NCBI GenBank assembly: GCA_049976465.1
Contig: JBMFIE010000001.1
Coordinates: forward strand, 1-59,207
Direction: 5' to 3'
DNA from: Thiomonas sp.
GTDB lineage: Bacteria; Pseudomonadota; Gammaproteobacteria; Burkholderiales; Burkholderiaceae_C
Length of the DNA: 59,207 nucleotides
Part shown: positions 15,128 through 30,640 of the stretch, in pieces
Layout: the number at the start of each line of letters is the position of its first letter
Numbering within the stretch: the first letter of the stretch is position 1
Made by a program: the position numbers and the translations under genes
Notes under the pieces: model-generated
Told to the model about the DNA's origin: nothing
Seen by the model: only the letters and a program-made list of their open reading frames with translations
Databases searched by the model: none

Positions 15128-15697
15128 ATGGATGTCAAAGGTAAATGGCTGTTGCCCACGAGTCCGGAAAAAACCTGGGAGGCACTGAACAACCCCGAGG
15201 TGCTCAAGACCTGCATTCCGGGGTGTGAATCGATCACCGACATCGGCGCAGGGCATTTCGAGATCGTCCAGGTGCTGTCGGTGGGCGGCTTCAAGACCCG
15301 TTTCAGCAGCACCCTGACGCTGGAAGATCCCGACCCGCCGCACAGCTACGTGCTGCGATTCGAGGGCAATGCCGGCAGCGCCGGCTTTGGCCTGGGCCGG
15401 GCGCTCGTTGCGCTGCAACCCACGCCTGACGGAGGCACGCAGATGAATTACCACGCTACGGCCGAGATCGGCGGTGCGATCGGTCAGCTCGGCAAGGCAA
15501 CGGTCGAAAGCACGGCGCAAAGCCTGACCGAAACCTTTTTCAGGCGCTTCGATCAGGTCATGCGCGGACAGCTCCCGGTCGACGACGGCGCCGGTGTGCT
15601 CGACCGGGTGTGGAATCTGCTTCCGCCCTGGGCTTGGGCGGTGTCCACGCTGGTGCTGGTGTTCATTGTCTACTGGGGTCTGCACGGCACCTGGTAG
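15128..15697 (+). CDS. CoxG/SRPBCC family protein with C-terminal TM anchor
   Basis: WEALNNPEVLKTCIPGCES; GGAGG RBS before ATG 15128; hydrophobic C-terminus. Confidence 0.85.
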   Translation: MDVKGKWLLPTSPEKTWEALNNPEVLKTCIPGCESITDIGAGHFEIVQVLSVGGFKTRFSSTLTLEDPDPPHSYVLRFEGNAGSAGFGLGRALVALQPTPDGGTQMNYHATAEIGGAIGQLGKATVESTAQSLTETFFRRFDQVMRGQLPVDDGAGVLDRVWNLLPPWAWAVSTLVLVFIVYWGLHGTW

Positions 15698-15714
15698 ACG
15701 GACCGCGCGGCTGT

Positions 15715-16071
15715 TCAGCCCTCCTCCGCCGGGCACAGCGCGCGCACCACGTTGAGCACCTGCTGGCTTTTGATCTGGTAGTGGACGAAGCGCCCGCGGC
15801 GGGTGGCTTCGACGATGTTTTCTGCGCGCAGCTTGGCCAGCTGCTGTGACAGCGCTGCCTGGCGCATGCCCACTTCGTGTTCGAGCTCGCGCACGCAGCG
15901 CTCGCCCTCCATCAGCAGGCACAGAATGGCTAGGCGCTCGCGGTGTGCCAGCGCTTTGAGAATGCGCACCACGTCACCTCCGGCCATCCGCTCGAGCCGG
16001 GCCAGCCGGGCCAGCGATGTCACGGGGGCGCGGGCCGGCGCTGTCGAAGAGAGCGGTTCAACGATATTCAT
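15715..16071 (-). CDS. ArsR/SmtB family repressor, BigR/SqrR-like (two-Cys persulfide sensor type)
   Basis: LKALAHRERLAILC, ALSQQLAKLR wHTH, C-terminal ALC. Confidence 0.85.
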   Translation of the reverse strand: MNIVEPLSSTAPARAPVTSLARLARLERMAGGDVVRILKALAHRERLAILCLLMEGERCVRELEHEVGMRQAALSQQLAKLRAENIVEATRRGRFVHYQIKSQQVLNVVRALCPAEEG

Positions 16072-16092
16072 GGTTTGGAGTCTATGAATATC
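16063..16092. promoter_or_regulatory. Inverted repeat over the ArsR gene start (candidate autoregulatory operator)
   Basis: GATATTCAT-N12-ATGAATATC, perfect 9-bp arms. Confidence 0.55.
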
Positions 16093-16436
16093 AAACCGCA
16101 GGGTTTTGATTCAACACAATAAAAAATGAACAGCGGTGTGCGCGGTGCTGAACCGGGGTGGCGCTGCACGGCATGACATCGGCTGCACGGGCAAGCTGGC
16201 AGGCTTTCGTTCCCTGTGCTGCTGCCCATCGTGATCTACCGTTGCGCCTTGCCGTGCTGTTCTGGGCGATTGCGGCAGCGGGGTATGTGAGGGGATTTTC
16301 CGCGGGCGCTCAAAGCAACCAACGGCATGCTGCTGGCGAGGATTGCGGTGTTGGTGCCGTGCGTGCTGCTGGTGCGAAAGACGCATGCCCAGCCGCCGAG
16401 GGCCGCGGCGCGGTCAGGCGCCGCGACGCGCGCGGC

Positions 16437-16718
16437 TCAGTGCGCGAGCAGAGGCTGCCGCGACAGTGCGGAGTAGCGATCGAGGAAGTCGTCGATTTCT
16501 TCGCTGGTCGGTTCTTGCGCGATCAGCTTTTGCACACTGTCGCGAAAGCTCTCGGCTGCGCGACCGCCCAGAAAAATTTCCTTGCGGGCGAATTTGTCGA
16601 CGATTTCATAGCCCCCACGCGAAAAGTCGGAGTGTGGGTCACCTTGCCCCGTGCGTGCATCCGACCAGTCGAGCTGCAGGACACAGAAAGCGTCCGAGTC
16701 ATAAATCATGGTTTGCAT
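16437..16718 (-). CDS. DUF3567 / BTH_I0359 family protein
   Basis: MIYDSDAFCV, GGYEIVDKFARKEIFLGG; GGAGG RBS. Confidence 0.8.
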   Translation of the reverse strand: MQTMIYDSDAFCVLQLDWSDARTGQGDPHSDFSRGGYEIVDKFARKEIFLGGRAAESFRDSVQKLIAQEPTSEEIDDFLDRYSALSRQPLLAH

Positions 16719-16789
16719 GGTGTACCTCCACTGGTTGACTGGGAGATGGGGTCGTGAAAGCAAATATCAAGCCCGGCTGATCTGTCGGT

Positions 16790-18034
16790 TCATGGTGCTT
16801 GCTCAACGGGCTGCGTGTTCGCGCGGTTGACAGGGGTACCGAGGTCCACGGAGGACTGCCCGATCGGTGCGGACGACTTCGCTGCCTGGCCGGTTTGCTG
16901 GGCATGATCGAGGGTGAACAACAGGTAGATCTCGGCGGACTGTTGCAGGCGGATCTGCACCGGCAGGTTCTGCAACAGCGGCGACAGCCAGATCTGCGCG
17001 CCGAGTTCGTTGGACTGGGTGGCCTGGCGTACCACATGCCAGCATCGCAGCGGCCCCAGTGGTGTGTCCACCGTGTCCATGCCGGCGATGGTGAAGGTCC
17101 AGTCGGTCAGGCCACTGGGGCGGGCGACGGCAAAGGTGAGTGTGGCGCCAGGGCGAAAGTCTTCGGGGCGGGTGCTCAGGTGGTGCGCGAGTTGCAGAAA
17201 CAGGCTGGCGCTGTCTTGCACATGCGGCGGCAGCGGCAACACCTCGGCGCTGGCGCTGAAGTGCAGGGTGCCGCTGGCACGGTTGAAACGGACGGATTTT
17301 TCGCGGGTGAACACCCGCTCGGTGTAACGCTCGGGGGCGAGCCAGTCGCGGTCGATGCGGCCCGTGCTGCGGTAGGTAAAGCCGATCAACGCATTGCCCG
17401 ACAGTTCGGTGTCGTATCGGTCGCCGTCTACCGTCCAGATCAGTGCACCGCTGCCATGCAGCGCGCCGCGCCACTGGCCGGAGATGGTGTAGGTCAGTCT
17501 GGTGGAGGGCGGCCAGGCTGGCGACGGTTCTGCGCGTGGCGCAGATGCGGCCGGGGCTGGCGCCGAGACTGCGCGGTCTGGGGCAGACACGGCCGCAGCC
17601 GAGGCGGCGCTGGTGGGGCTGGTGGGGCTGGGCGCGGACGCGACGCTGGCCGCAGTTGCGGGGGCGGTGTCGGGGACGGTCGCGGCAGCAAGCGCAACGG
17701 GACCCGCCACCTCGGGCAGCGGCACGGTTGGTGCTGGCGGTGGCGCCGGCGTGGGCCGGGGTGTCAGGGGGGCCGGCGGTGGCGTGGCCGCGCGCGGGGG
17801 CTGGGGGGGTGGTGTCGGGCGGAGGATTTGGGTGTAGATCGGCTCGGGCAGCCGCCTGCTGGCAAGCGGCTCGACTGCTTGGCCGAGCCAGCCGAGCACG
17901 GTCAGATGCAGCGCCAGCACCAGCAGCGCAAGCCACGCGACGGCGAATCCGCCGCGCAGGCGCGACTGGCGCAGCAGCTTCACCGACGTCAACCCTGCGC
18001 GCCACGTTGCAGTGCCGGACTGCTGCTGGCGCAT
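16790..18034 (-). CDS. DUF3108 domain protein with N-terminal TM and Pro/Ala linker
   Basis: WPPSTRLTY, LAPERY, QDSASLFLQL, WLSP....LPVQIR; start uncertain. Confidence 0.75.
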   Translation of the reverse strand: MRQQQSGTATWRAGLTSVKLLRQSRLRGGFAVAWLALLVLALHLTVLGWLGQAVEPLASRRLPEPIYTQILRPTPPPQPPRAATPPPAPLTPRPTPAPPPAPTVPLPEVAGPVALAAATVPDTAPATAASVASAPSPTSPTSAASAAAVSAPDRAVSAPAPAASAPRAEPSPAWPPSTRLTYTISGQWRGALHGSGALIWTVDGDRYDTELSGNALIGFTYRSTGRIDRDWLAPERYTERVFTREKSVRFNRASGTLHFSASAEVLPLPPHVQDSASLFLQLAHHLSTRPEDFRPGATLTFAVARPSGLTDWTFTIAGMDTVDTPLGPLRCWHVVRQATQSNELGAQIWLSPLLQNLPVQIRLQQSAEIYLLFTLDHAQQTGQAAKSSAPIGQSSVDLGTPVNRANTQPVEQAP

Positions 18035-18164
18035 GACGGGGAAAGTATGGGCATAGGCGCTATTTTGCCGGGCCAGGCCGACCGCTGGCGTGATGCACCT
18101 TCACGCACGGGCGGGGCGCGGGTATGCTGCATTGGCATGACCACCGACGCGCAGGGAGATCACC

Positions 18165-18779
18165 ATGGCACAGCCCGCGGAGTTCAAGGACTTCATCCCC
18201 GGCATGGAGTATTTTCAGACCCTGCTCAAGGGCGCAGGCCTGTCGTCGCAGTTCGCCAGCTGGGTGGCGCCGACGCTGGACGTGCAGGAGATCGAGCAGC
18301 GCATCACCGATCTGAAAGCGGTTGCGGGCTGGCTGGAGGCCAACGCCCGCATGACGCAGAACATGATCCAGGCCCTGGAGGTGCAGCGCATGACTCTGCA
18401 GGCGCTGCGATCGATGAATGTGGACATGCAGGCCTTCGCCCAGGGTCTGGCCGCCGAGCCGCCGCCCAAGGCGAGTGACACGGCACAGCCGGCGCAATCC
18501 GCCGCGCAGGACAGTGCTGCACCGCCGGCTCAGCCGGCCGCTGCGCCGCTGTTCGATCCCTTGCAATGGTGGAACGCCGTGACCCAGCAGTTCACCGAAC
18601 TGGCGAGCAAGGCGATGCAGGACAGCGGCGCGCTGCAGGCTGGATCCGCCGCACCGGGTGCCGCGTCCACAGCGGGCAATGCCCCAAGCAGCACGGGACC
18701 GCGAGCCAAGGCAACCGCGGCCAAGAAGGCGGCGCCGCGCTCAGGCCGTTCTGCCGCCAGGCGCGCCGCACCCAAATGA
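18165..18779 (+). CDS. phaM: PhaM-family PHA granule-associated protein
   Basis: WVAPTLDVQEIEQRITDLKAV..WLE.NA, DPLQWW..VTQQF, basic Ala/Lys tail. Confidence 0.75.
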   Translation: MAQPAEFKDFIPGMEYFQTLLKGAGLSSQFASWVAPTLDVQEIEQRITDLKAVAGWLEANARMTQNMIQALEVQRMTLQALRSMNVDMQAFAQGLAAEPPPKASDTAQPAQSAAQDSAAPPAQPAAAPLFDPLQWWNAVTQQFTELASKAMQDSGALQAGSAAPGAASTAGNAPSSTGPRAKATAAKKAAPRSGRSAARRAAPK

Positions 18780-18791
18780 GCGCGCGCCCGC

Positions 18792-19208
18792 TCAGGCCCC
18801 GATCCAGCGCACCAGTTCCTGCGCCGGCATCACGCCCGACTGGCGCTTGACTTCCTGGCCGCTGCGGTAGAGCGCCAGGGTGGGAATGCTGCGGATGCGG
18901 CTGCGCACCGAGATCTGCGGATTGGCGTCGGTGTCGACCTTGGCCAGCACCGCCCGGCCCTGCAGCAGCCGGGCGGCCTGCGCGAACTGCGGCGCCATCA
19001 TCTTGCATGGCCCGCACCATTCGGCCCAGAAATCCACCACCACCGGCAGTTCGCTCTTGGCGATGAAACGGTCGAATTGGGCGTCGGTCAGGGTGACCGG
19101 CTCGGGTGGCAGGATTTCCTTGCCGCAATGTCCGCAGACCGGGTTGTCGCGCAGGCGATCTTCGGGAACGCGGTTGAGGGTAGAGCAGTGGGGGCAGACG
19201 ACGAGCAT
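18792..19208 (-). CDS. trxC: Thioredoxin 2 (zinc-finger thioredoxin)
   Basis: CPHC/CGHC zinc finger plus WCGPC. Confidence 0.92.
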   Translation of the reverse strand: MLVVCPHCSTLNRVPEDRLRDNPVCGHCGKEILPPEPVTLTDAQFDRFIAKSELPVVVDFWAEWCGPCKMMAPQFAQAARLLQGRAVLAKVDTDANPQISVRSRIRSIPTLALYRSGQEVKRQSGVMPAQELVRWIGA

Positions 19209-19350
19209 GACGATCTCTGGAAGCGGAAACTACCGGCAACATGTGGCAGCGCGCGGGCTTTTCAAGTCCCCATGCGCCGGCAGGCGCTTTCGCCGCGCGC
19301 GGGTTTGCGGCTACATTGCAAGCATGTCCTGCTCTGCCGCCTCGCCCACC

Positions 19351-19908
19351 ATGCCGCGCATCGCCTATCTGCCGCCCCACCATGCCGAGCCAGCCGACCT
19401 GGTGGACGCGATCCGCGCGCGCCGTGGCGGCGAGTTGCTCAACCTCGATCGCATGCTGCTGCACAGTCCGGCGTTTGCGCGCGGCTGGAACAGTTTGTTC
19501 GGTGCGGTGCGCGGCGAGCTGGCGCTCGATCCGGTGCTGCGCGAGCTGGCGATCTGCACCGTGGCGCGGCTCAACGGCGCGGATTACGAGTTCATGCATC
19601 ACGCCCAGCCATTCATGGCCGCAGGGGGCAGCGCAGAGCAGCTGGCGCTGCTGCACGATGTGCCGGCCGCGGTGGACAACCGGCTGGCGTTTTCCGTGCA
19701 GGAACGCGCGGTGCTGGCGCTGACCTATGAGATGACGCGACGCGTGCGGGTGAGCGAGGCGCACTTCGCCGCAATCCGTGCGCTGCTGCCGCCGCAGCAG
19801 GTGGTGGAGCTCGTCGGCGTGATTGCGGCGTACAACATGGTGTCGCGTTTTCTCGTGGCGCTCGATGTCGGGATCGAAGACCGGCTGGCGTCGGATGCGG
19901 CGCCCTGA
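19351..19908 (+). CDS. Carboxymuconolactone decarboxylase / AhpD-like family protein
   Basis: LLNLDRMLLHSP, LRELAI, YEF.HH, AYNMVSRFL; start may be 19324. Confidence 0.8.
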   Translation: MPRIAYLPPHHAEPADLVDAIRARRGGELLNLDRMLLHSPAFARGWNSLFGAVRGELALDPVLRELAICTVARLNGADYEFMHHAQPFMAAGGSAEQLALLHDVPAAVDNRLAFSVQERAVLALTYEMTRRVRVSEAHFAAIRALLPPQQVVELVGVIAAYNMVSRFLVALDVGIEDRLASDAAP

Positions 19909-19967
19909 ACCGGGCGCAGTGCCTTGCCCTGACACCGCGGCATGCCCGCGTGGCTGCGGTGGCCGCT

Positions 19968-20822
19968 TCAGGCGCAGCCTGCGCCAGCGCAAGCTGCGAG
20001 TTGACGCAGCCCATCGATGGCCCGCACCCCGTACCAGCTGGCCCATTCGCCTGGAATGCAGCGCACCTCGGGGTGCAGGCCGCGCGCAGCGAGCAGCTGG
20101 CGCACTTCTTCGGCGTGCGCCGCGCCGAAGCGGTACGGCTCGCTGGACAGCAGCACACAGTCCACTGCGCCCAGCCAGTGGGCAGACCAGTCGAACACCG
20201 GGTAGCGGGCGCTCCCCGGCTGGTGCAGGCCGTCGCCGCCGTATACGTCCGGCAGGGTGTGCCAACCGACCGCGGCCAGGCTCTGGCTGATGTAGGTGTC
20301 GCGCGCGACGGTCATCCAGGGCTGGCGCCAGATCAGGTAGAGCACTCTGCGCGCGGCAAAGCGGCTGACGCGCAAGCCGGCGAGCACGGCCTGCAGCTGC
20401 TGGCGCAACGCGGCAGCGCGCTGCGCGGTGCCCGGGACGCGGGCGAATGCGCCGCCCAGCAGGTCGAACAGCGACAGGTTGTCCTCGGGAGTCTGCGGAT
20501 GCGTGACCAGGATGTGCGGCACGAAACCGCGCAGCGCCTCCACGGTGTCGCGGGTGTTCTCGTCGATGTTGACCAGCACATGCGTGGGCGCAAGCGCACG
20601 CAGTGCGTCCAGGCGCACGTCCTTGGTGCCACCCACTTTGGGAATGGTGCGCACCAGGTCGCGCGGGTGCACGCAAAACCCGGTGCGCGCGACGAGTTGC
20701 GCGCGCAGCCCGAGGGCGCACAGCGTTTCGGTCAGGCTGGGCACCAGGCTGGCGATGCGCGCCTCGGTTCCGGCCGGGGCGAAGGTCTGGCCGAGGGCGT
20801 CGGTGATGGCAGGAGACGGCAT
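19968..20822 (-). CDS. Helical-backbone metal receptor (BtuF/TroA-like), no signal peptide
   Basis: RIASLVPSLTETL, RTGFCVHP, VGGTKD, LLSSEPY. Confidence 0.8.
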   Translation of the reverse strand: MPSPAITDALGQTFAPAGTEARIASLVPSLTETLCALGLRAQLVARTGFCVHPRDLVRTIPKVGGTKDVRLDALRALAPTHVLVNIDENTRDTVEALRGFVPHILVTHPQTPEDNLSLFDLLGGAFARVPGTAQRAAALRQQLQAVLAGLRVSRFAARRVLYLIWRQPWMTVARDTYISQSLAAVGWHTLPDVYGGDGLHQPGSARYPVFDWSAHWLGAVDCVLLSSEPYRFGAAHAEEVRQLLAARGLHPEVRCIPGEWASWYGVRAIDGLRQLAACAGAGCA

Positions 20823-20836
20823 GCCGGTGGCGGTGT

Positions 20837-27223
<6,387 letters not shown>

Positions 27224-27446
27224 GGTGCGGAGAAAAGCGGCACGGTCGGTGAAGTTTTACCCGGGTTGGAGCGACAAAGTCCCACTTTGACACGCACTGC
27301 CGCCAGTTTTTTGGCGATTCGTGAAAGATTGCACAGTGCTCCGCCGATGGTGGGTGGCGTGCGGTGCAAACCTGAGAATACGATGCAACACGGGGAACGC
27401 GGCAGGCCGTGTTCACGTGGTGTACGCACAGAGACAGGGCGGTTCC

Positions 27447-29006
27447 ATGGCAGGGCATCCAGTGCCGGCTGATCCAGATTTGCAGTGGCGCATTGGTGCC
27501 GACGGTCTGTTCGTCGATCCGGCGCACGAGGAGGCATTCATCCGCGCAGAATGGGGCAGCCTGGGGCCGCGGGTGCGGCAGATCGGGCTGTATGGCGGCC
27601 TGGCGTTTCTGTCGGCCACGTTCACCGATCTGGCGGTGTTGGGCCCGACATGGGTGTACTGGGGCCTGTTGCTGGCCCGGTTTGTCGTGCTGGGCTGGGG
27701 CATCACGCTGGCGCGTGCGGGCAAGAGGCCGCAGGTTCAGGATGTGCGCCGGGTGGCGACCTCGCTGCTCGGCTTCGAGGTCAGCATCCTGACACTGTTT
27801 TTGCTGGTGGTGCTGGCCTATGGCGGCAACGCCGACTATCACTCGATCACCGCGCTGGCGCTGATTTTCGCGGTGTACGCGTATGTGCCGGTGCTGCGAC
27901 GCGAGGCGATGTGGGTCGGTGGTGTGTTCACCGCGCTGTTCGCGCTGGTGGTGTGGGCCGCGCTGCACTTCGATGTCAAGTATGTGAGCATTGCCGTTAC
28001 GCTGTTTGGCTTTGCCAATCTGGCCGGTTGGCAGATTGCGGTGTCGCTCAGCCGCAGCATGCGTCTGGCCTGGCTCGACCGGCGACGGCTGCAGGTCGAG
28101 GCACAGGCAGCGCAGCAGGCACGCCGCCAGGCCGAGCAGAGCGAGCAAAACCTCGGCCATCTGTTCGACGCCACGCCGATGCCGCTGGTGCTGGCCCGGC
28201 TGTCCGACGGGCGGGTGCTGCGCTACAACGCGGCGGCAAAGGCGCTGTTCGATCCGCTGGGTCGCCTGGCGGCAGACGCGTTCACGACCGAGTTCTATGT
28301 CGATCCGGCGCAGCGGGAAATGCTGCTGGCGCGACTGCGGGCCGAAGGCGCGGTGCAGCAGATGGAAGTGCGGCTCAAGACCACCGACGGGCGGCCGTTC
28401 GACGCGCTGGTGTCCACGCAGCGGGTGCGCTTTGGCGGGGACGATTGCGTGATCACCGGCATGGTCGAAATCTCGGCGCAAAAGCATCTGGAGCACCAGT
28501 TGCGCGCGCTGGCCTACACCGATCCGCTCACCGGGGTGCAGAACCGGCGCGGGTTTTTCGCCGCGGTCGAGCAGGCGCTGCAGGCCGTGCCGCCGGGCGC
28601 GTCCGGCCCCTGCGTGGTGCTACTCGACCTGGACCACTTCAAGCAGATCAACGACCGCTATGGCCACCCCGTCGGTGATGAGGTGCTGGTCGAGTTTGCG
28701 CAGGTCGTGCTCTCGCAGCTGCGCGACGGCGACGTGCTCGCCCGGCTGGGCGGAGAGGAATTCTGCATCTTGCTGTCGCACGCCCGCGCCGATCAGGCGC
28801 TGGACATTGCCGAGCGGGTGCGCGAGTTCGTGGCGCAGCATCCGTTTCACACTTCGGCCGGGGTGATCCGGCTCAGTCTGAGCCTGGGGATCGCCGGCTG
28901 CGGCGCCCAAGTGCACAGCATCGATGCGGTGTTGGCGATGGCCGATCAGGCCATGTACCGCGCCAAACAGAGCGGGCGCAATCGCAGCGTGATGTTCTGC
29001 GCCTGA
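27447..29006 (+). CDS. Membrane-anchored PAS-GGDEF diguanylate cyclase
   Basis: About 6 TM segments, PAS-like region, TDPLTG, DLDHFKQIND, RxxD I-site (RDGD) and GGEEF. Confidence 0.92.
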   Translation: MAGHPVPADPDLQWRIGADGLFVDPAHEEAFIRAEWGSLGPRVRQIGLYGGLAFLSATFTDLAVLGPTWVYWGLLLARFVVLGWGITLARAGKRPQVQDVRRVATSLLGFEVSILTLFLLVVLAYGGNADYHSITALALIFAVYAYVPVLRREAMWVGGVFTALFALVVWAALHFDVKYVSIAVTLFGFANLAGWQIAVSLSRSMRLAWLDRRRLQVEAQAAQQARRQAEQSEQNLGHLFDATPMPLVLARLSDGRVLRYNAAAKALFDPLGRLAADAFTTEFYVDPAQREMLLARLRAEGAVQQMEVRLKTTDGRPFDALVSTQRVRFGGDDCVITGMVEISAQKHLEHQLRALAYTDPLTGVQNRRGFFAAVEQALQAVPPGASGPCVVLLDLDHFKQINDRYGHPVGDEVLVEFAQVVLSQLRDGDVLARLGGEEFCILLSHARADQALDIAERVREFVAQHPFHTSAGVIRLSLSLGIAGCGAQVHSIDAVLAMADQAMYRAKQSGRNRSVMFCA

Positions 29007-29072
29007 ACCCGAGCGGGGCCGGTTGCGTCCTGGTGCCCTTGACAGGCAAGTCCACATAGGCCCTGCGTGATT

Positions 29073-29101
29073 TTGCAAATAGGAATGGTTCGCAATAAGA
29101 T
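29073..29101 (+). promoter_or_regulatory. Sigma70 promoter overlapped by a Fur box
   Basis: TTGCAA-17 nt-TAAGAT; AATAGGAATGGTTCGCAAT (29078-29096) matches 13/19 of the palindromic AATGAGAATCATTCTCATT Fur-box form; lies upstream of hemP. Confidence 0.65.
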
Positions 29102-29202
29102 GCGTGACGTTGCCGCAGCGCTGGCGCGTCGGGCGCACATGTAGAGCCCAGGCTCAGCGCATGCCCTGCCACGACGTGGCGTTGATGCTCGATGGAGGAA
29201 AC

Positions 29203-29280
29203 ATGGGATATGAAGAACTGGGGCTCAGTCTGCTGACTGTGCTGGTGATGACCTGGGTCGTGATGGAGTGGCCGAAATGA
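29203..29280 (+). CDS. Putative 25-aa single-TM small protein (not in ORF track)
   Basis: GGAGGA RBS, MGYEELGLSLLTVLVMTWVVMEWPK*, ATGA overlap with the hemP start. Confidence 0.55.
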   Translation: MGYEELGLSLLTVLVMTWVVMEWPK

Positions 29281-29456
29281 GCGCGCCACCGAGCAGGATG
29301 CCGCCGGACGCGGCAGCGCCCACAGCGGCGCGCACCGGGCTGACGCTGTATTCACGCGAATTGTTTCGGCAGGGTGCGATCGTGCAGATACGCCACCGAG
29401 GTCAGACCTATCTGCTGCGCCTGACGCGGCAGGACAAGCTGATCCTGACCAAATAA
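29277..29456 (+). CDS. hemP: Hemin uptake protein HemP/HmuP
   Basis: SRELF...VQIRHRGQTYLLRLTRQDKLILTK signature. Confidence 0.9.
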   Translation: MSAPPSRMPPDAAAPTAARTGLTLYSRELFRQGAIVQIRHRGQTYLLRLTRQDKLILTK

Positions 29457-29719
29457 CCCGGCGCAAGCCGGGGGCATCTCCGGCAGTTTTGCTCGCCAGC
29501 CGTGCACGGCCCAGTCCTCCCGTGCATCCGCCAGCCATGCATCCAGACCGAGCAGAACAGCCCGCGGGCGCTGCAGCAGCATCCTCAGCTCAGCGCGGAA
29601 ATGTGAGCGCTGTGCTAGCGGCTCTCGACCTATTGCCTGACCCAGGGTTGCGACTTTGCGCGAAGGACGCGCACAGCGCATGCCGGTTTGCCATGACGTC
29701 TGCAGCCAAGCAGTCGTCA

Positions 29720-30619
29720 TCACTGTTGCTGTTGTTCGCCGCGCAGCAACGCGAGCAGGCCGTCGAGTTCGTCCAGCGAGGAAAAAGCGATGGCGATTTC
29801 GCCGCGGTGCACGCCGCGGCGGCTGGATTTGCTGCGGATTTCGACCGGCGCGGCAAAGCGTTCGGATAGTTCTTCTTCCAGCCGCTGCCAGTCGCGATTC
29901 TTGGCCGGCTTGCTCGCCTTGGGGGTGGCCACGGCCCCGCGCTCCTGCTGCATGCGCGCCACCAGACGCTCGGCTTCGCGCACACTCAGTCGTTTGGCCA
30001 GGATGTGCTGCGCGGCCTGGACCTGCTGCGCCTTGTCCAGTGCGAGCAGCGCGCGGGCGTGGCCCATGTCCAGGTCACCCGCCAGCAGCATGGTCTGCAC
30101 CGCGTCGGCCAGTTGCAACAGGCGCAGCAGATTGCTGGTGGCGGTGCGCGAGCGGCCGACCGCCTGTCCGGCCTGTTCGTGGGTGTAGCCGAATTCCTCG
30201 ATCAGCCGAGCGATGCCGCGGGCCTCCTCCAGCGGGTTGAGGTCTTCGCGTTGCAGGTTTTCGATCAGCGCCATCGCCAGGGTGGTGCGGTCGTCCACCT
30301 CCTTGACCAGTGCGGGCACGGTCTCGAGCCCGGCCAGGCGTGCAGCGCGGGTGCGGCGTTCGCCGGCGATGATCTCGAACCGGCCGTCGGGAAGTTCGCG
30401 CACCAGCACGGGCTGCATCACGCCCTGCGCCTTGATGCTCTGCGCCAGCTCGTACAGCGCGCCTTCGTCCATCTGGCTGCGCGGCTGGTAGCGACCGGGC
30501 ACCAGATCGTCCAGGCGCAGTTCGCGCAGCGCGGCGGCGTCGCGCTCGGTCAGATCGACAGAGGGGCCGAGGAGTGAGTCGAGTCCGCGTCCGAGTCCTT
30601 TGGGTTTTTTGCTTGCCAT
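29720..30619 (-). CDS. parB: Chromosome partitioning protein ParB
   Basis: GLGRGLDSLL, YQPR, IIAGERR, ENLQREDLNPLEEA. Confidence 0.96.
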   Translation of the reverse strand: MASKKPKGLGRGLDSLLGPSVDLTERDAAALRELRLDDLVPGRYQPRSQMDEGALYELAQSIKAQGVMQPVLVRELPDGRFEIIAGERRTRAARLAGLETVPALVKEVDDRTTLAMALIENLQREDLNPLEEARGIARLIEEFGYTHEQAGQAVGRSRTATSNLLRLLQLADAVQTMLLAGDLDMGHARALLALDKAQQVQAAQHILAKRLSVREAERLVARMQQERGAVATPKASKPAKNRDWQRLEEELSERFAAPVEIRSKSSRRGVHRGEIAIAFSSLDELDGLLALLRGEQQQQ

Positions 30620-30640
30620 GCGTTTGGGAAAGTGGCCCGG

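Noticed and set aside
15128-15697. coxG as evidence of a CO dehydrogenase cluster
   Set aside because: No coxMSL or accessory genes in the window; solitary SRPBCC proteins are common.
17520-17820. Low-complexity GC repeats (also in bamE, yidD, phaM and MliC linkers)
   Set aside because: They encode Pro/Ala-rich linkers; no regular repeat-spacer structure, so not CRISPR or a tandem repeat.
27409-27424. parS-like GTGTTCACGTGGTGTA upstream of the cyclase
   Set aside because: Only the CACGTG core matches; the arms are not palindromic.
29039-29044. Perfect TTGACA upstream of hemP
   Set aside because: No -10 element at 16-18 nt; the TTGCAA/TAAGAT pair fits better.
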